This document shows positions 13,601 through 25,623 of a DNA stretch of 64,000 bases, piece after piece. Location of the stretch: the NCBI RefSeq assembly GCF_009914755.1, contig NC_060926.1; one strand, given 5' to 3'. Source of the DNA: the human T2T-CHM13v2.0 reference genome, Homo sapiens. The notes under the pieces are model-generated. The model searched no databases and was not told the origin of the DNA. It worked only from the letters and a program-made list of their open reading frames with translations. How positions within the stretch are numbered: position 1 is the first letter of the stretch; each line of letters begins with the position of its first letter. A program made the translations under genes and the position numbers.

Positions 13601-16600
13601 AAGAAAGATCCCAAATCAACAACTGAACTTTATAATTTAAGAAACTAGAAAAAGAAAGGATAAACTGAACCCAGAGCTAGCAGAAGGAAGGAAATAATAA
13701 AGATCAGAACAGAGACAAATGAAATATAGAATATAAAAATAAGAGAGAAAGTTAACAAAACCAAAACTTAGCTCTTCAAAAAGGTCGACAAAATTTACAA
13801 GCCTTTTGATAGATGGATAATGAAAAAAAAAAGAAGATTCAAATTACTAAATTCAGAAATGAAAGTGAGGGTATTACCACCTATTCTACAGAAATAAAAA
13901 GAATTATAAAAGTACTATAAGCAATTGTACACCAACAAATTTGATAACCTAGATTCAATGGAAAAATTCTTAGAAACACAAAACCTATCAAGCCTAAACT
14001 AAAAGAATAGTTTTAGTTTAGAAAAGAATAAAATCTGAATATGCCTCTAACCAAGGCAATTCAGTCAATAATCAAAAATCTCCTAATGAATTAAAGACCT
14101 GATGTCCTCACCAGTGTGTTCTACCAAACGTCTAAAGAAGAACTAATACCAGTCGCTTTGAAACTTCTCAAAAGAATTGAAAAACAAGGGAAACTTCCTA
14201 ACTCATTCTACATTACCTTGATATTAAAGCCAGACAACAACATATCTAAAGAAGAACTAATACCAGTCTCTTTGAAAATTTTCAAAAGAATTGAAAAAGA
14301 AGGGAAACTTCCCAACTCATTCTACATTACCTTGATATTAAAGCCAGACAACATTACAAGAAAACTGCAGACCAATATCCCTTATTACATTGATGCAAAA
14401 ATCCTCAACAAAATGCTACAACAGAAAAATGACACAACTGCACAATAAAAGATTATAAATCCAGACCAAATGGGATTTATTCTTGGAATGCAAGGGTGAT
14501 TCAACGTAGAAGAATCAGTCAATTTCATTAATACATCTCATTAACAGAATGAAGGGGAAAAACATATGATCATCTCAAATGATAGTCATGTATTCGACAA
14601 GATTCAACATTCTTTCATGATAAAAACACTCAATAAACCAGGAATAGAAGGAATCTACCTCAATGTAATAAAAGTCATATGTAAATAACCCACAGTGAAC
14701 ATCATACTCAACGTTGAAAGACTCCAAGCTTTTACTCTGAGATCAAGAACAAGGCAAGGATGTCCACTTTTGCAACTTCGATGCAATGTAATACTTGAAG
14801 CCCTAGACAGAGGAACTAGGTGAGGGAGAGAAATAAAAAGCATCCACATTAGAAAAGAAAAAGTACACTTATCTCTATTTAGAGATAATATAATCTTATA
14901 TGCAGAAAATCCTAAGGATTCGACCAAAAAGCTGTTAGAACTAATAAACCCAGCAAAGTAGCAGGATACAAAGTCAAAGCTCAAAAATCAGTTGCACTTC
15001 TATACACTAACAGTGATCAATCTGAAAAGAAAATTAAGAGAATAGTTTCATTTACAATACCATCAAAAAGAATAAATTAATTAGGAATTAACTTAACCAC
15101 CAGAAGGTGAAATACTTGCACTACAAAACTACAAAACTGCAAAACATTTCTGAAAGAAATTAAAGAAGAACAGAATAATGGGAAGACATCCCAGGCTCCC
15201 TAGGTTGGAAGACTTAATACTATCCAAACCAACCTACAGATTTAATGCAATTCCTATCAAAATCCCAATGACTTTTTGTAGAAATAGAAAAACTCATCCT
15301 AAAGTTCATATGGAAACTCAAGGGATCCTGAATAGCAAAAAAAAAAAAAAAAAATTTTGAAAAAGAACATTGTTGGATAACTCACATTTCCTATTTGAAT
15401 CACATAATTCAAAAATTATATGATTAGTTACAAAATTTAGAGTAAACCAAAACAGTGTAGTAATGGCATAAAGACAGAAACAGATGAATGGAATAGAATA
15501 GATTGTCTGGAATAGAATAGATGTAGAGGTCACATACACATATATGACCTCACATATATGTGTATGGTCAAATGATTTTCAACAAGGGTGCCACGATAAT
15601 TTAATGGGGAAAAGATTGTCTTTTCAAAAATGATGCTAGGAAAACTGGATATCCACATGCAAAATAATAAAGTTAGGCCCTTACCTAATACCATATACAA
15701 AAATTAACTCAAAATGGACCTATGAACTAAATTTAAGACCCCAAACTGTAAAACTCTTAGAAGAAGACGTGGGGCAAAAACTTCACAACACTGAATTTGG
15801 CAATGATTTCTTGGCTTCAACATCAAAGGCACAGGTAACAGAAGAAAAAATAGTCAAATTAGACTTCTGAAAATTTAAAAAATTACGTATCAAGAGATAC
15901 TACCAACAGAGTAAAAAATCAACAGAATAGGGGAAAATATTTGCAAATCATATATCTAACAAGGGATTAATATCCAGAATGTATAAAAAGCTCCTAAACT
16001 CTACAAAAAAAACCCCACAAACAACTCAGTTCAAAAATGGGCAAAGGACTCGAATAGACATTTCTCCAAAGAAGATATGCAAATGGACAATAAATGAAAT
16101 GATGCTATCAATATTAGTAATCATTAGGGAAATGCAACACGAACTACAGCGAGATAGCAACTCACACCCATTATGATGGCTGCTATTAAAAAACTGGAAG
16201 ATAACAAATGTTGGTGAGGATGTGGAGATATTGAAACCCTTTTGCACTGTCGGTGGAAATGTTAAATGTTACAGCTACTATGGAAAACAGTATAGCAGTT
16301 CCACAAAAAATTAAAAATAGAATTACTATCTGATCCCACAATTCCGCATCTAAATATATACTCAAAGAATTGAAAACAGAGTCTTGAAGAGATATTTGTA
16401 CATCACGTTCATAGCAGCATCATTTGTAATAACTAAAACATGGAGGCAACCCAGGTGTCCATTGACAAATGAACTGACAAACAAAATGTGGTATATACAT
16501 TCAATAGAATGTATTCAGCCTTAAAAAGGAAGGACATTCTGCAATATGCTATAACACCGATGAATCTTGAGGACATTATGCTAAGTGAAATAAGCTGCTT

Positions 16601-16880
16601 CAAAAAAGACAAATGCTGTATAATTCCACTTATGTGAGGTGCTTCGAGGAGACAAATTCATAGAGACAGAAAGTAGAATGGTGGTTACCAGGGCTAGGGA
16701 AAGAAGGAAAAGGAAGTTAACTCTGTAATGGGCACAGAATTTCAGTTTTTCAAGATGAAAAGAGTTCTGAAAATGGATGGTGATGGTTGCGCAATAATGT
16801 GAATGTACTTAATACTACTGAACTGTACAATCAAAAATAAGATAGTAAATTTTATGTGTGTTTTACTGGAATAAAAATAA
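10620..16880 (+). mobile_element. Long decayed L1 (L1MB-like): 5' region, ORF1 remnant ~11200-12150, ORF2 remnant ~12720-16500, 3'UTR
   Basis: Endonuclease-region gctgtctacaagagactcacttta, RT-region peptide remnants ([10 protein letters not shown]) and an L1MB-type 3' end (gaaagtagaatggtggttaccagg...gaactgtac) with AATAAA at 16870. Many stops and frameshifts; 5' boundary approximate. Confidence 0.9.
14131..14353 (+). repeat. 114-bp tandem duplication inside L1 ORF2
   Basis: tctaaagaagaactaatacc... starts at 14131 and again at 14245. About 5 substitutions; also visible as a repeated peptide in ORF 14116..14448. Confidence 0.95.
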
Positions 16881-18339
16881 TTGGGAAAAAATAAATCACG
16901 CAAGTTATAATTTGAGAAAAATAGCCCAAGTCAAATATTACAACTCATTTTTCATCTTCAAAAGCTCTCGTATGCTATTAGATGTGCTAAGCCAGAGGGA
17001 TTTGGAATTAGGACCGCATCCTGGGGTCCTGGTGTTAGCCTGTTGAGTCACCCCCTCATGGTTCTCCTTCTTTTACCTCCTGTTTGTGCATCTCTGGTTC
17101 CTGCTTCTTCAGCCTTTGCACAAAAGCTTAGTTGGTCCTTCAGTGACTACTGGCTAAAAACAAACAGAAAAAGAAAAAAGAAACAAAAATGGTGTTCTTC
17201 TAGTTCTTCCATGAGAACTGTGAAGGAGTGGCCAGCCAAAAAGAAATGTCAAGCAGAGGCTAGTGTGTGGGCCAAGAAAGTCCAGGTCAGACAGAAACAC
17301 TACAGTTGCTCACAGATACATACAAAATAAGTCCTGACATTTTTGTGAGGACCTTGGGTGATAAAAGGGAAACCCCCTAACACATTTTTCAGGCAGCTGA
17401 TAATGTTTGACAGCTTTGAAGAGGAAACAGAACTACCAGATGTCAGTGGCTGAATCACAGGGAAAATACTGCATTCTGCAAAGCCTTACTCAAGCATCAT
17501 GAAGTGTAGCCCAAAGTTGATAGAAATGCTGATAAATAATAAAATTTTATGAAAAAGTAAAATCTCGATACTTTTTCACAAGTCACTAGCTGTAACCAAG
17601 ACAATGATGTTGGCTTTTTTGTATTTGATCATCTTTCATGAATTTTAGAATGCTTTCTTTATCAAACTCTAAAAAATCTTTAACAAAATTGCAAAGTGTC
17701 ACAGCAGTGAAAATTTTCATAAACTTCACAGCTCTCAATTATATGACACAGTAGAAGTATCAGAAGTATTCTGCTGTGTCATTTTCTGTTTCTTTGAAGA
17801 TTCTCTGCTGTACTTCATCATTTTTCCATATACAGTTAAAACACCAAGCAAATATTTGGCCTGAATCCTAAAAATGTTTAATTCTTCCAATTTTCTGTAG
17901 TTGCATTTTCAGCAATACAGAGCGTTCCTTCAATTCTTCCCTCCCCTTTTTTCGGTTTGAGATACACTTTAACACCTAAGAATGTGATCTTCTGTTCTTT
18001 ATAACTAACATTTAATATAAACTAATGTTGAATTTATCAAAAGCAAGTTCATAATCTTTGAAAACATAAGACTTTTTAAATTATTGATGGGCTAAACCAT
18101 TTACTAGTTTTTTAAATATTGAAGTATTCTTGCATTCCTGGAATATTCCAGACATTTGAGTGACAAAACAGTCAAAAATCTCTAACTCTGCAGAGTTTCT
18201 GGCATGTTTCACCACATAAAAAGTGTAGAAAATTATTCTCATTTTTTCTGCAGAAACTGTTCTACTCTTCACTGTTTCCATGGTGGGTTTTTTGTGTGTA
18301 TGGCAGTTATATATATTATTTAGTTTCTAATCTTTCTTT

Positions 18340-18905
18340 TAAAAACTTTACTGAGGTAAAATTTATATGCCATAAAATTCCTTCATTGTAAGTGTACAAT
18401 TCAATGATTTTTAGTAAATTTATAGGGTTGTGTGATGATTACCATAGTCCAGTTTTAGGACATTTTTATTACCCCAAAAAGTTCTCTCCAGCCGTTTTGC
18501 AATCAATCCCTGCTCTCACCCTCAGTCCTGGCAACCACTGTCTCTACAGAATTGCCTTTTCTGGATATTTCTTATGCACAGACTCATATAATTTGTTGTC
18601 TTTTGCATTCAGGTTCTTTCACTTAGCTGAATGTTTTTGAGGTTCTTTGTGTGGCATGAATCAGTCCTTTGCTCCTTGGTGTTGCCAAGTAGTATTGCGC
18701 TGTTTGGCTTTCCCACATTTTGTTTATCCAGTAACCTGTTTGTGGCTTCTGGATTGTTTTCAGTTTTGACCATCATCTATAATACTGCTAGAAACATTCA
18801 CATTCAAAAACTGTTATGGATGTGTGCCTTCACATCCCCTGAATAGATTCCCAGGAGTGGAATTGCTGGGTGCTATGGCAAGCTTATGTGTAACTTTTTA
18901 AGACG
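18340..18905 (-). mobile_element. L1MB-type 3' end fragment
   Basis: ttactgaggtaaaattt...aagtgtacaattcaatgatttttagtaaattt...ggagtggaattgctggg. Confidence 0.8.
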
Positions 18906-21169
18906 CATCCAGTTAAGGGGTTAAGGGAGGGTAGCTACCCTCTCTGTTGAAGGAAAGTTCATTTTCTTCTTGTTTTTCTTCTTGTGTAGCTCCAGGTTAG
19001 GTGGACAGGCACCCTCTGTTCTCACTGGTATCGTGACCTGGTTGAGGAGCCAGCAGGACAGAGCTGTTACTTTTTGTCTGGCCTGACTTTGGGCACCCAG
19101 GGTAAACTGGAAATAACATGCCCCAGCCAGACCTCTGTGCGCACTTGGAAGGAGCTCTCAGGTCTCCATCTGTTCCCTGCCTCCATGCTGCTGCTGTTCC
19201 TCTCTAGGTGTTGTTAGTGCAGGATTTTCTTGGGCCCTTTCCGCTCCCTCTGGGGCAGGCTGTTCCATATGCATTGAGTTGTGAGACCAACAGCTTTCTT
19301 CAGGTTAGCCTTGCCTATCCTACATCTTGCAGAAATCCGTCTTCCCCCCAAATGGCATGCAGATAGAATCCTTCTTTACTTTTACTTTCATTTTAGATCT
19401 CCCCTTGTTATTATTGAGCTAGTCCCTTTGTCATTTTAATGGAAATTTGGAAATGGAAGCTCTTGCCATGAGGTCACCTAGAATTCTAGGTGGTCATTCC
19501 TTCCTGAGTTCCCTCACAGACCACCCTTGGGCTCCCTCCGGTTTCTGCTGCCCTTTCTCTCTCTCTGCCAGTAAGTGTTGGGGTAAAAGCTGACTTTACA
19601 GGAAATACTATCCATACTGGCAGCCTCAGTAAGTCCCTCAGTTCTTCCCATTCATCAGCTGATAAAGTGACAGTGCAGGGATATGGAGGCGGATCTGTCT
19701 GGGAGGGAATGTGTACGTAAGTGGTATAACATCTGTGTAGTGTCATTCCGCTGTGCTCTGAGGAGTAACAGGTCTGAAATGCAGACCTTGGAAAATAGAC
19801 AAGTTGAAGTTTAGAGCAATAGTTGACATGTAAAAAAAAAAAAAACCCAACAAGCCTATTGAATTTATTTTTAAGCCTAATAAAATATTTAAAAAGATCA
19901 TTTATTATATCAACATTCCAAACACAACAGAGAAAATATAATGAACCCCCATGTAGACCCACTACTGAAGTTCAACAGAATATTTCGTCACATTGTTTTA
20001 TCTATCCCTTTCTTTTTCTTTTATTCCCTTTTATGCTAAGATATTTTAAAACAAATCCCAGACACATTTTCCCCATGCTTAAGTATGCATCCTTAAAAAT
20101 ATGGAAATTTTATTTTCTAGCCACATTGTCCTGATCACGCCTAACAAAACTAATCAATAATTCATTGGTATCATCTATCCTTTATCCATGATCAAATTGT
20201 CTCAGTTTTTAATGAAATCTTTTTATCAGGTTGTAGAATAGGAGAAACATATTATGACTCGTTTCCTGGGCCCACCCCACTGCTAGCATTATTCATTGGT
20301 CACTTTAACTCTCAGTAGTGTTAAAGTTTAAAATCACTGTTCCCTAAGACCTGTAGAGGCCCCAGAAACTGACTGGAGTGACGTCTGTTAGGCTGTAATG
20401 GCTTGTAGCCTCCTCAAGGGCCAGTGCTTGATGGTAGTTGCCAGTACTTGAGCATTGCCCTGGAAGGGTCCTTCCTGTGAATTACTCAGGCCATATAATT
20501 CATCCATGCTTATGCAATACAAATATTTCAAGCATCCTAATGCACTTATTTATTTATGAATGCTAGTGACTAGTGAACCAAAACCTCTTACCTAAAATAA
20601 ATGACTAGCTTTGGCAATGGAGGGGTCAGTACTTCGATTGCTCTTCCTAATGTAACACACCACTAGGGTGTTGGGCAGAGCTTACTGCACTAATTATCCT
20701 GCAGTCCTACCTGATGAGAATTGTTCTTCCTTACACTAACGCCTGGGAAAGCAGGTAGCTTGCATATGCAGTTAACCAGCTACATTGTCAAAGAATTTTC
20801 TACAGAGAAAATTTGCCCTCTGATTGCCAAATCTCCACTTTGCCTTGTGCTGAGGAAGAGGCAGCTCTGGGGCAGTGTTCTTCCGCAAGCTTCTTGTTAT
20901 TACACGTGGCTTCCTGTTATGCAGAGACAGGCGGAGAGGGCTGGGTAAGGTGTTGCAACTGATGGAGACACACAGACCCACAAGAGGCAACTGCACTCTA
21001 AATTCCTAAGAAACACGAAAGCCACAAAACATGAACACTGGAGGGGTGGCCCTGGAGAGGCACCCTAGGTGAAACAAATTTGCTGGCGTGCAAAAAAACC
21101 TTGCAATATTTGTTGCTGGCTCAGGTTTCCAGAGCTGCTGATAAGAAAGAAGTAACAGAAAGCCAGTAC

Positions 21170-21300
21170 TCCTCTCTCTCTCCCCTTCTCTCTCTCTCTC
21201 TCTCTTGTTCTCACTCTCTGTCATTCTCTCTCCCTCTCTCTTGTTCTCACTCTCTGTCATTCTCTCTCCCTCTCTCTTTTTCTCTCTCTCACACACACAG
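21170..21300. repeat. CT-rich tract with a 36-bp tandem duplication, followed by (CA)n
   Basis: ttgttctcactctctgtcattctctctccctctctc occurs at 21205 and 21241. Confidence 0.9.
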
Positions 21301-22544
21301 ATAATTTCTCTCCCTCTGTCTCATATTGCTACCAAGACAGCATTTTTTACCTCTTCCTGCAGAACACATAGTTATTGGTGCCAAGCCCCTTTCCAAAGCA
21401 GATTCTTTTCCTTTAGGTTGACATAGTCACTTGTCAAACAATAAAGGGCATTTCTAGAATCCATAGAACATGGGAAAATGAAATCTGCCCAATTCCGGAG
21501 TATTGAGGCAGGCATTTAGGGAACAACTTTTAGATATTTCTATGAATTCGGTTATACAAATTTGTCTCAAGGGTGAGTGCCCTGGGAAGACCCGTGTGGT
21601 TTAATTTCAGGGTACAGAGAGAAGGCTCCTTTGCTGTCATCAGTCTCACAGTAAAGATGCCTTTTGAAGGGGCAGTGCTTTTCATACTAAAGTTAAAAAC
21701 GAAACTCAAAAGAATGATGGGTGCTTTTCAATGGGGGGGTGGCGTTTGCTTTGAAGACAGAAAAGGGATACAGAAAGCGAGCCTGAAGTTTCTGAAGTCA
21801 CATGTCCTAATTTCCTTCTGGGTGGAAACTGAGGGCCGTCATCCCGCAGTCTGATAACAGGATAGGTGGGGGGTCTGCATGTATGTATGTGTGAATGTGG
21901 CAGGGGCGTTGCGTGTGTGTATGTGTGCGGGGTGTGGACAGGGACGTATGAATCTGTTTATCATTTTCAGGTGGTAGCAATGCCAGGTCTGCTGTTTCAG
22001 AGAGCTCCCCAGTCGGCTCCTTCCTCAGCTGTGGTGTGGGCCTGACTGCCGGCCCACGGTAGCTTAGCTCACTCTCTCTCCCTCCCATGCCTCGGCCACG
22101 TGGGACCTTGCTCAGAATCCCTAGGTCTCTCCACATGAGCTTGGGTAGCAGCTGGTAAGACGTGGCAGGATTACCTAATATGTCCGTTTTCTTGTTGGGG
22201 TATCAGCACAGCCTCAGTGGTGGGCTTGAGGTTTCAGTACCATTTCTCTGTCACTGTGTTTTCGAGGCCTGCTGAGCCTTGCAGAGCATACACTGGCGGA
22301 AATAGCACAAAATTGTTTGTGCACAATCTAGAGGCAAAATGGGTGGGGCTGAGGCAGCTGCTTCACATGATAGGTTAGGAGTAGTGGCTTTGTTCCCAGC
22401 TCAGTGAAGGGTGGCATGGTCTCTCCTGTCCACTTCACTCTGGATTCTTTAACCCTGTGAATTACTAGACATGGATTCCATCTCCAATGTGGATGCCTCT
22501 CTTCACCACAAGAATACATGCTCCTTTCTGGGCTGTGGCTTAGG

Positions 22545-22760
22545 TATGGATATTGGGCTTTGAAATCAGATTTCTAGTTGTTAACTGGAGCAGATCATTT
22601 CACCTCTGTGAGCTTTGGTTCCTGGTCTGAAAAATGAGGGTGACAGTATGGTACTTACATAAAGAGCATGAGCATTAAATGACACAGCTCTATAAAGTGC
22701 TTGCACTGTGGCTGGCTCGTGGTAAGTACTCAATACATAAGTAACTTGATATTCATTATT
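22545..22760 (+). mobile_element. MIR
   Basis: cacctctgtgagctttggttcctggtctgaaaaatgagg...gtaagtactcaatacat. Confidence 0.65.
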
Positions 22761-25416
22761 GTTAGATCAGGGATTATATCTTCCATCGTCCACTCTGCTC
22801 AAGTGGATGCAGTGAACATATCCAGAAATCCCGCCAATAGGTAAATTGGCCAATATTTCTCGCAAATACAAAATGCCTGCATGGTGGCTCACATTTCGTT
22901 CTAAAACATTTATTTTATTAACTCAGCAAATATTTATCAAGATGCTTCAATTGCCAGATGCTTTTCTAGGAAGTGTGGAGCTTTACTAAAAATCCCAAGG
23001 AAGACAGCACCCTTTTCTGTCTTGCATCTCAGTTTATCCCCACAGCCTCAAGTTAGAAATGCTTCCCTCTGTGCTGGTTTCCTCTATGCCATCTTTTCTT
23101 TGGTTCCTGAACGTCTATGCAAATAACTTTTCTGGTCTGAGATTTTCACGTCACTCAAATCTTCTGGCTTTCACTTGCACCTCTTTTCTCCCCCTAGTCT
23201 CTTTCTTAATTCATAAGCCTTACTTATCAAAAGCAAAACTCTCGGGAAGCTTGAAGCTCTCAGTCCACCCTCACACTTTATCATGTCCAGAACTGGACTC
23301 ACCTGCCTGTTCAAACTGGCCTTGTTCTCTGATTTCCTTTCTTGCTTCCATGAATGGGTCTCCCAGATCCATCAGGGCTGTGTCTGGCTGATCTCATATC
23401 CTCAGGACCCAAAATTGTTCTGGTGCATGTCAAGTCCTCAATCTTGAATGAATGAATGAATGAATGGGGAAGGCTACCTTACCAGAGCCACTCAAACCCC
23501 AGACCTCACAAAAATCTTTGTCTCCTGCTCCTCCTTGTTCAGCAGGGGGCTGAGTCCTCTCAGTATTAGCCTCTCATATTGTTTCCTCTTCCATCCTAAT
23601 CCAGGCTTCTGGCTTTGCACCTGGAATATTGTGCAATGTCCAGCCAATCTCCCTCTATACCATCTCTCTCCCTCTTTTCATCCCTCCCCTCTGTAATATT
23701 CTCTTTCTTTTCTCTCATTTAGAATAAAATTGAGTCCATACTATAATAATAATGTTAATAATAATAGCTTTCATTTAATTTCTATGTTTTAAGAAGCAGG
23801 AACTGGCTGGGACCTGTCCACTTACCCTTACTAATCCCTATGGATTTATCACCCCATAAGATGCATGTTATTATCACAGCTTTACAGAGGAGGAAACTGG
23901 CCCTCAGAGATAGAATACGGCTTACCCAAGGCTGCGTATGTAGAAGCCTGTGCACTTCTGCTACTTTCTCCTTCCTTCTCTCTGTTAGGCACTGTGTTAG
24001 GTGCACGGTACAAGGATGAGCAAGGCCAAACATCAAGGGAGTACCCCTGTCTTCTTAGAGTGCAAGTGGAGAGGGAAGACAGGAAAAGAAAAAAGTACCA
24101 AGCAAGGCGACAAAGGCTACGATACACATGTGTCTCCACTGACAAGGGTCCAGAGCCAGGGAGCAACTAAGTCTGGCAGGGCCAGGAAGGCTTCTCACAG
24201 GAAGTGGGGCCTGAAGGGATTCTTGAAGGATAAGTAAGAGTTTTCCAAGAGGTCAAATTGGATGTAGGTGGGGGTGGGTAGGGAGGACATTCCAGCAGAG
24301 AGAATAGCATACTGTCCTGGATAAAGAGCAGGATGGGCATGGAGAAAGAGCAGGAAATGCAGCAGAAAAAGCCGCAAAGGACTCCAACTCCATGGCAGTT
24401 TAGACTTCATCGTTTAGGAGGGAGATGCTGGGGGTCATCAGAGGCTTTTAGGCAGGAAGGTAACATGATCAGAATTCTGTTTGCGAAGGCTCACGTCATA
24501 AGCAATGCTGTCAGTGCTGAATATAAGGAACAGGCAGCCTTCTGTGTTGATTGGTTGGCTGGGAGAATGTCACTCAAGTACATCAGAGAGACCAGCGGAG
24601 GTAAAGCAGGTTTGGGCATGTGTGTCAGTGTTAGCCAGAGGAATGGTAGAGGTGAGAAGGGGAAAGGTGGTAAGTTTGATGAGGTGGTAAGCATGATGAG
24701 CTTGACATTCTCATGGAGGTGTGTTAGGAAGCTGGATGGATGGGTCTACAGCTCAGAAAAGAGGGCTGGGGGAAGCCATGCAAATTCTACTCCCTTTTCA
24801 AATCCATTTAAACATGGTTCCCAAACTAATGCACAGCTCATATCAACATACTGGGAAAATACCTGAAATTGTTTCCCCAGCTCTGAAAGAACTATTCACA
24901 CCTCACCCACACATTTACAGCCATCCAAAGTGGAATCTAGACTGAGTCAGAATTGAGAGCAGATTATTTTGAGGGTTCAGCGGCAGAAGATGAAGAAAGG
25001 AAGTGATAACGTTTCTCAGCTGACTTCTCTGTTCGTACTTCCTTCTTTAATTTTCCTTTGCCCCATCTTGGGGCAAAAAGCAGCTAACTTCTACAGCAGA
25101 AACAACATCCCTAGGCATGTGGCACTTCTTCTATTTCTCTTCTTTCCTTTCCAGTACTCTCTCACACCTGCAGACTAAAATTCAGCACCAACAGTCCAGT
25201 CATACAACTATATTTTATCATGGGCCTCCCTTGCTCAGGAATATGAAATAGCTCCCTACTACCTCTCTAATCAAGTTGAATGCCTCACTCTGTCATCTAA
25301 AGCATCTTCTTCTCTGGGCCCTCCAGCTTGATTTCTCTATTTGATAAAATGCTGCCTCACTTTTATGGCCCATTTCCACCCCACGCTTTGTAATGATAGC
25401 ACTCAGGTTCTGGGAA

Positions 25417-25623
25417 GTGCTGACCAGCAGAACTTTCTGTGATAGTGGAAATGTTCTCTATCTGTTGTCCAGTACTGTAGCCACGAAACACACAGGCTTA
25501 CTGAGTACTTAAAACATGGCTAGTATGACGGAGGAACTCAATTGTAACTTAATGTAACCTATTTAATTCATTTAAATGTACACAGCCACTTATGGTTAGT
25601 GGCTACTGTACTAGACAATGCAG
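25417..25623. mobile_element. MER3 (hAT-Charlie)
   Basis: agaactttctgtgatagtggaaatgttctctatctg...agccacttatggttagtggctactgtactagac. Confidence 0.8.

Noticed and set aside
14131-14353. Tandem repeats as CRISPR-like or coding repeat arrays (also 21205 and 60963)
   Set aside because: Two adjacent copies with no spacers, inside transposon or microsatellite sequence in a eukaryotic intron.
19486-19962. 158-aa minus-strand ORF
   Set aside because: Runs through a homopolymer and an old L1 fragment; no homology recognised.
24333-24866. 177-aa plus-strand ORF
   Set aside because: Largely purine-rich antisense L2-like sequence; no domain signature.
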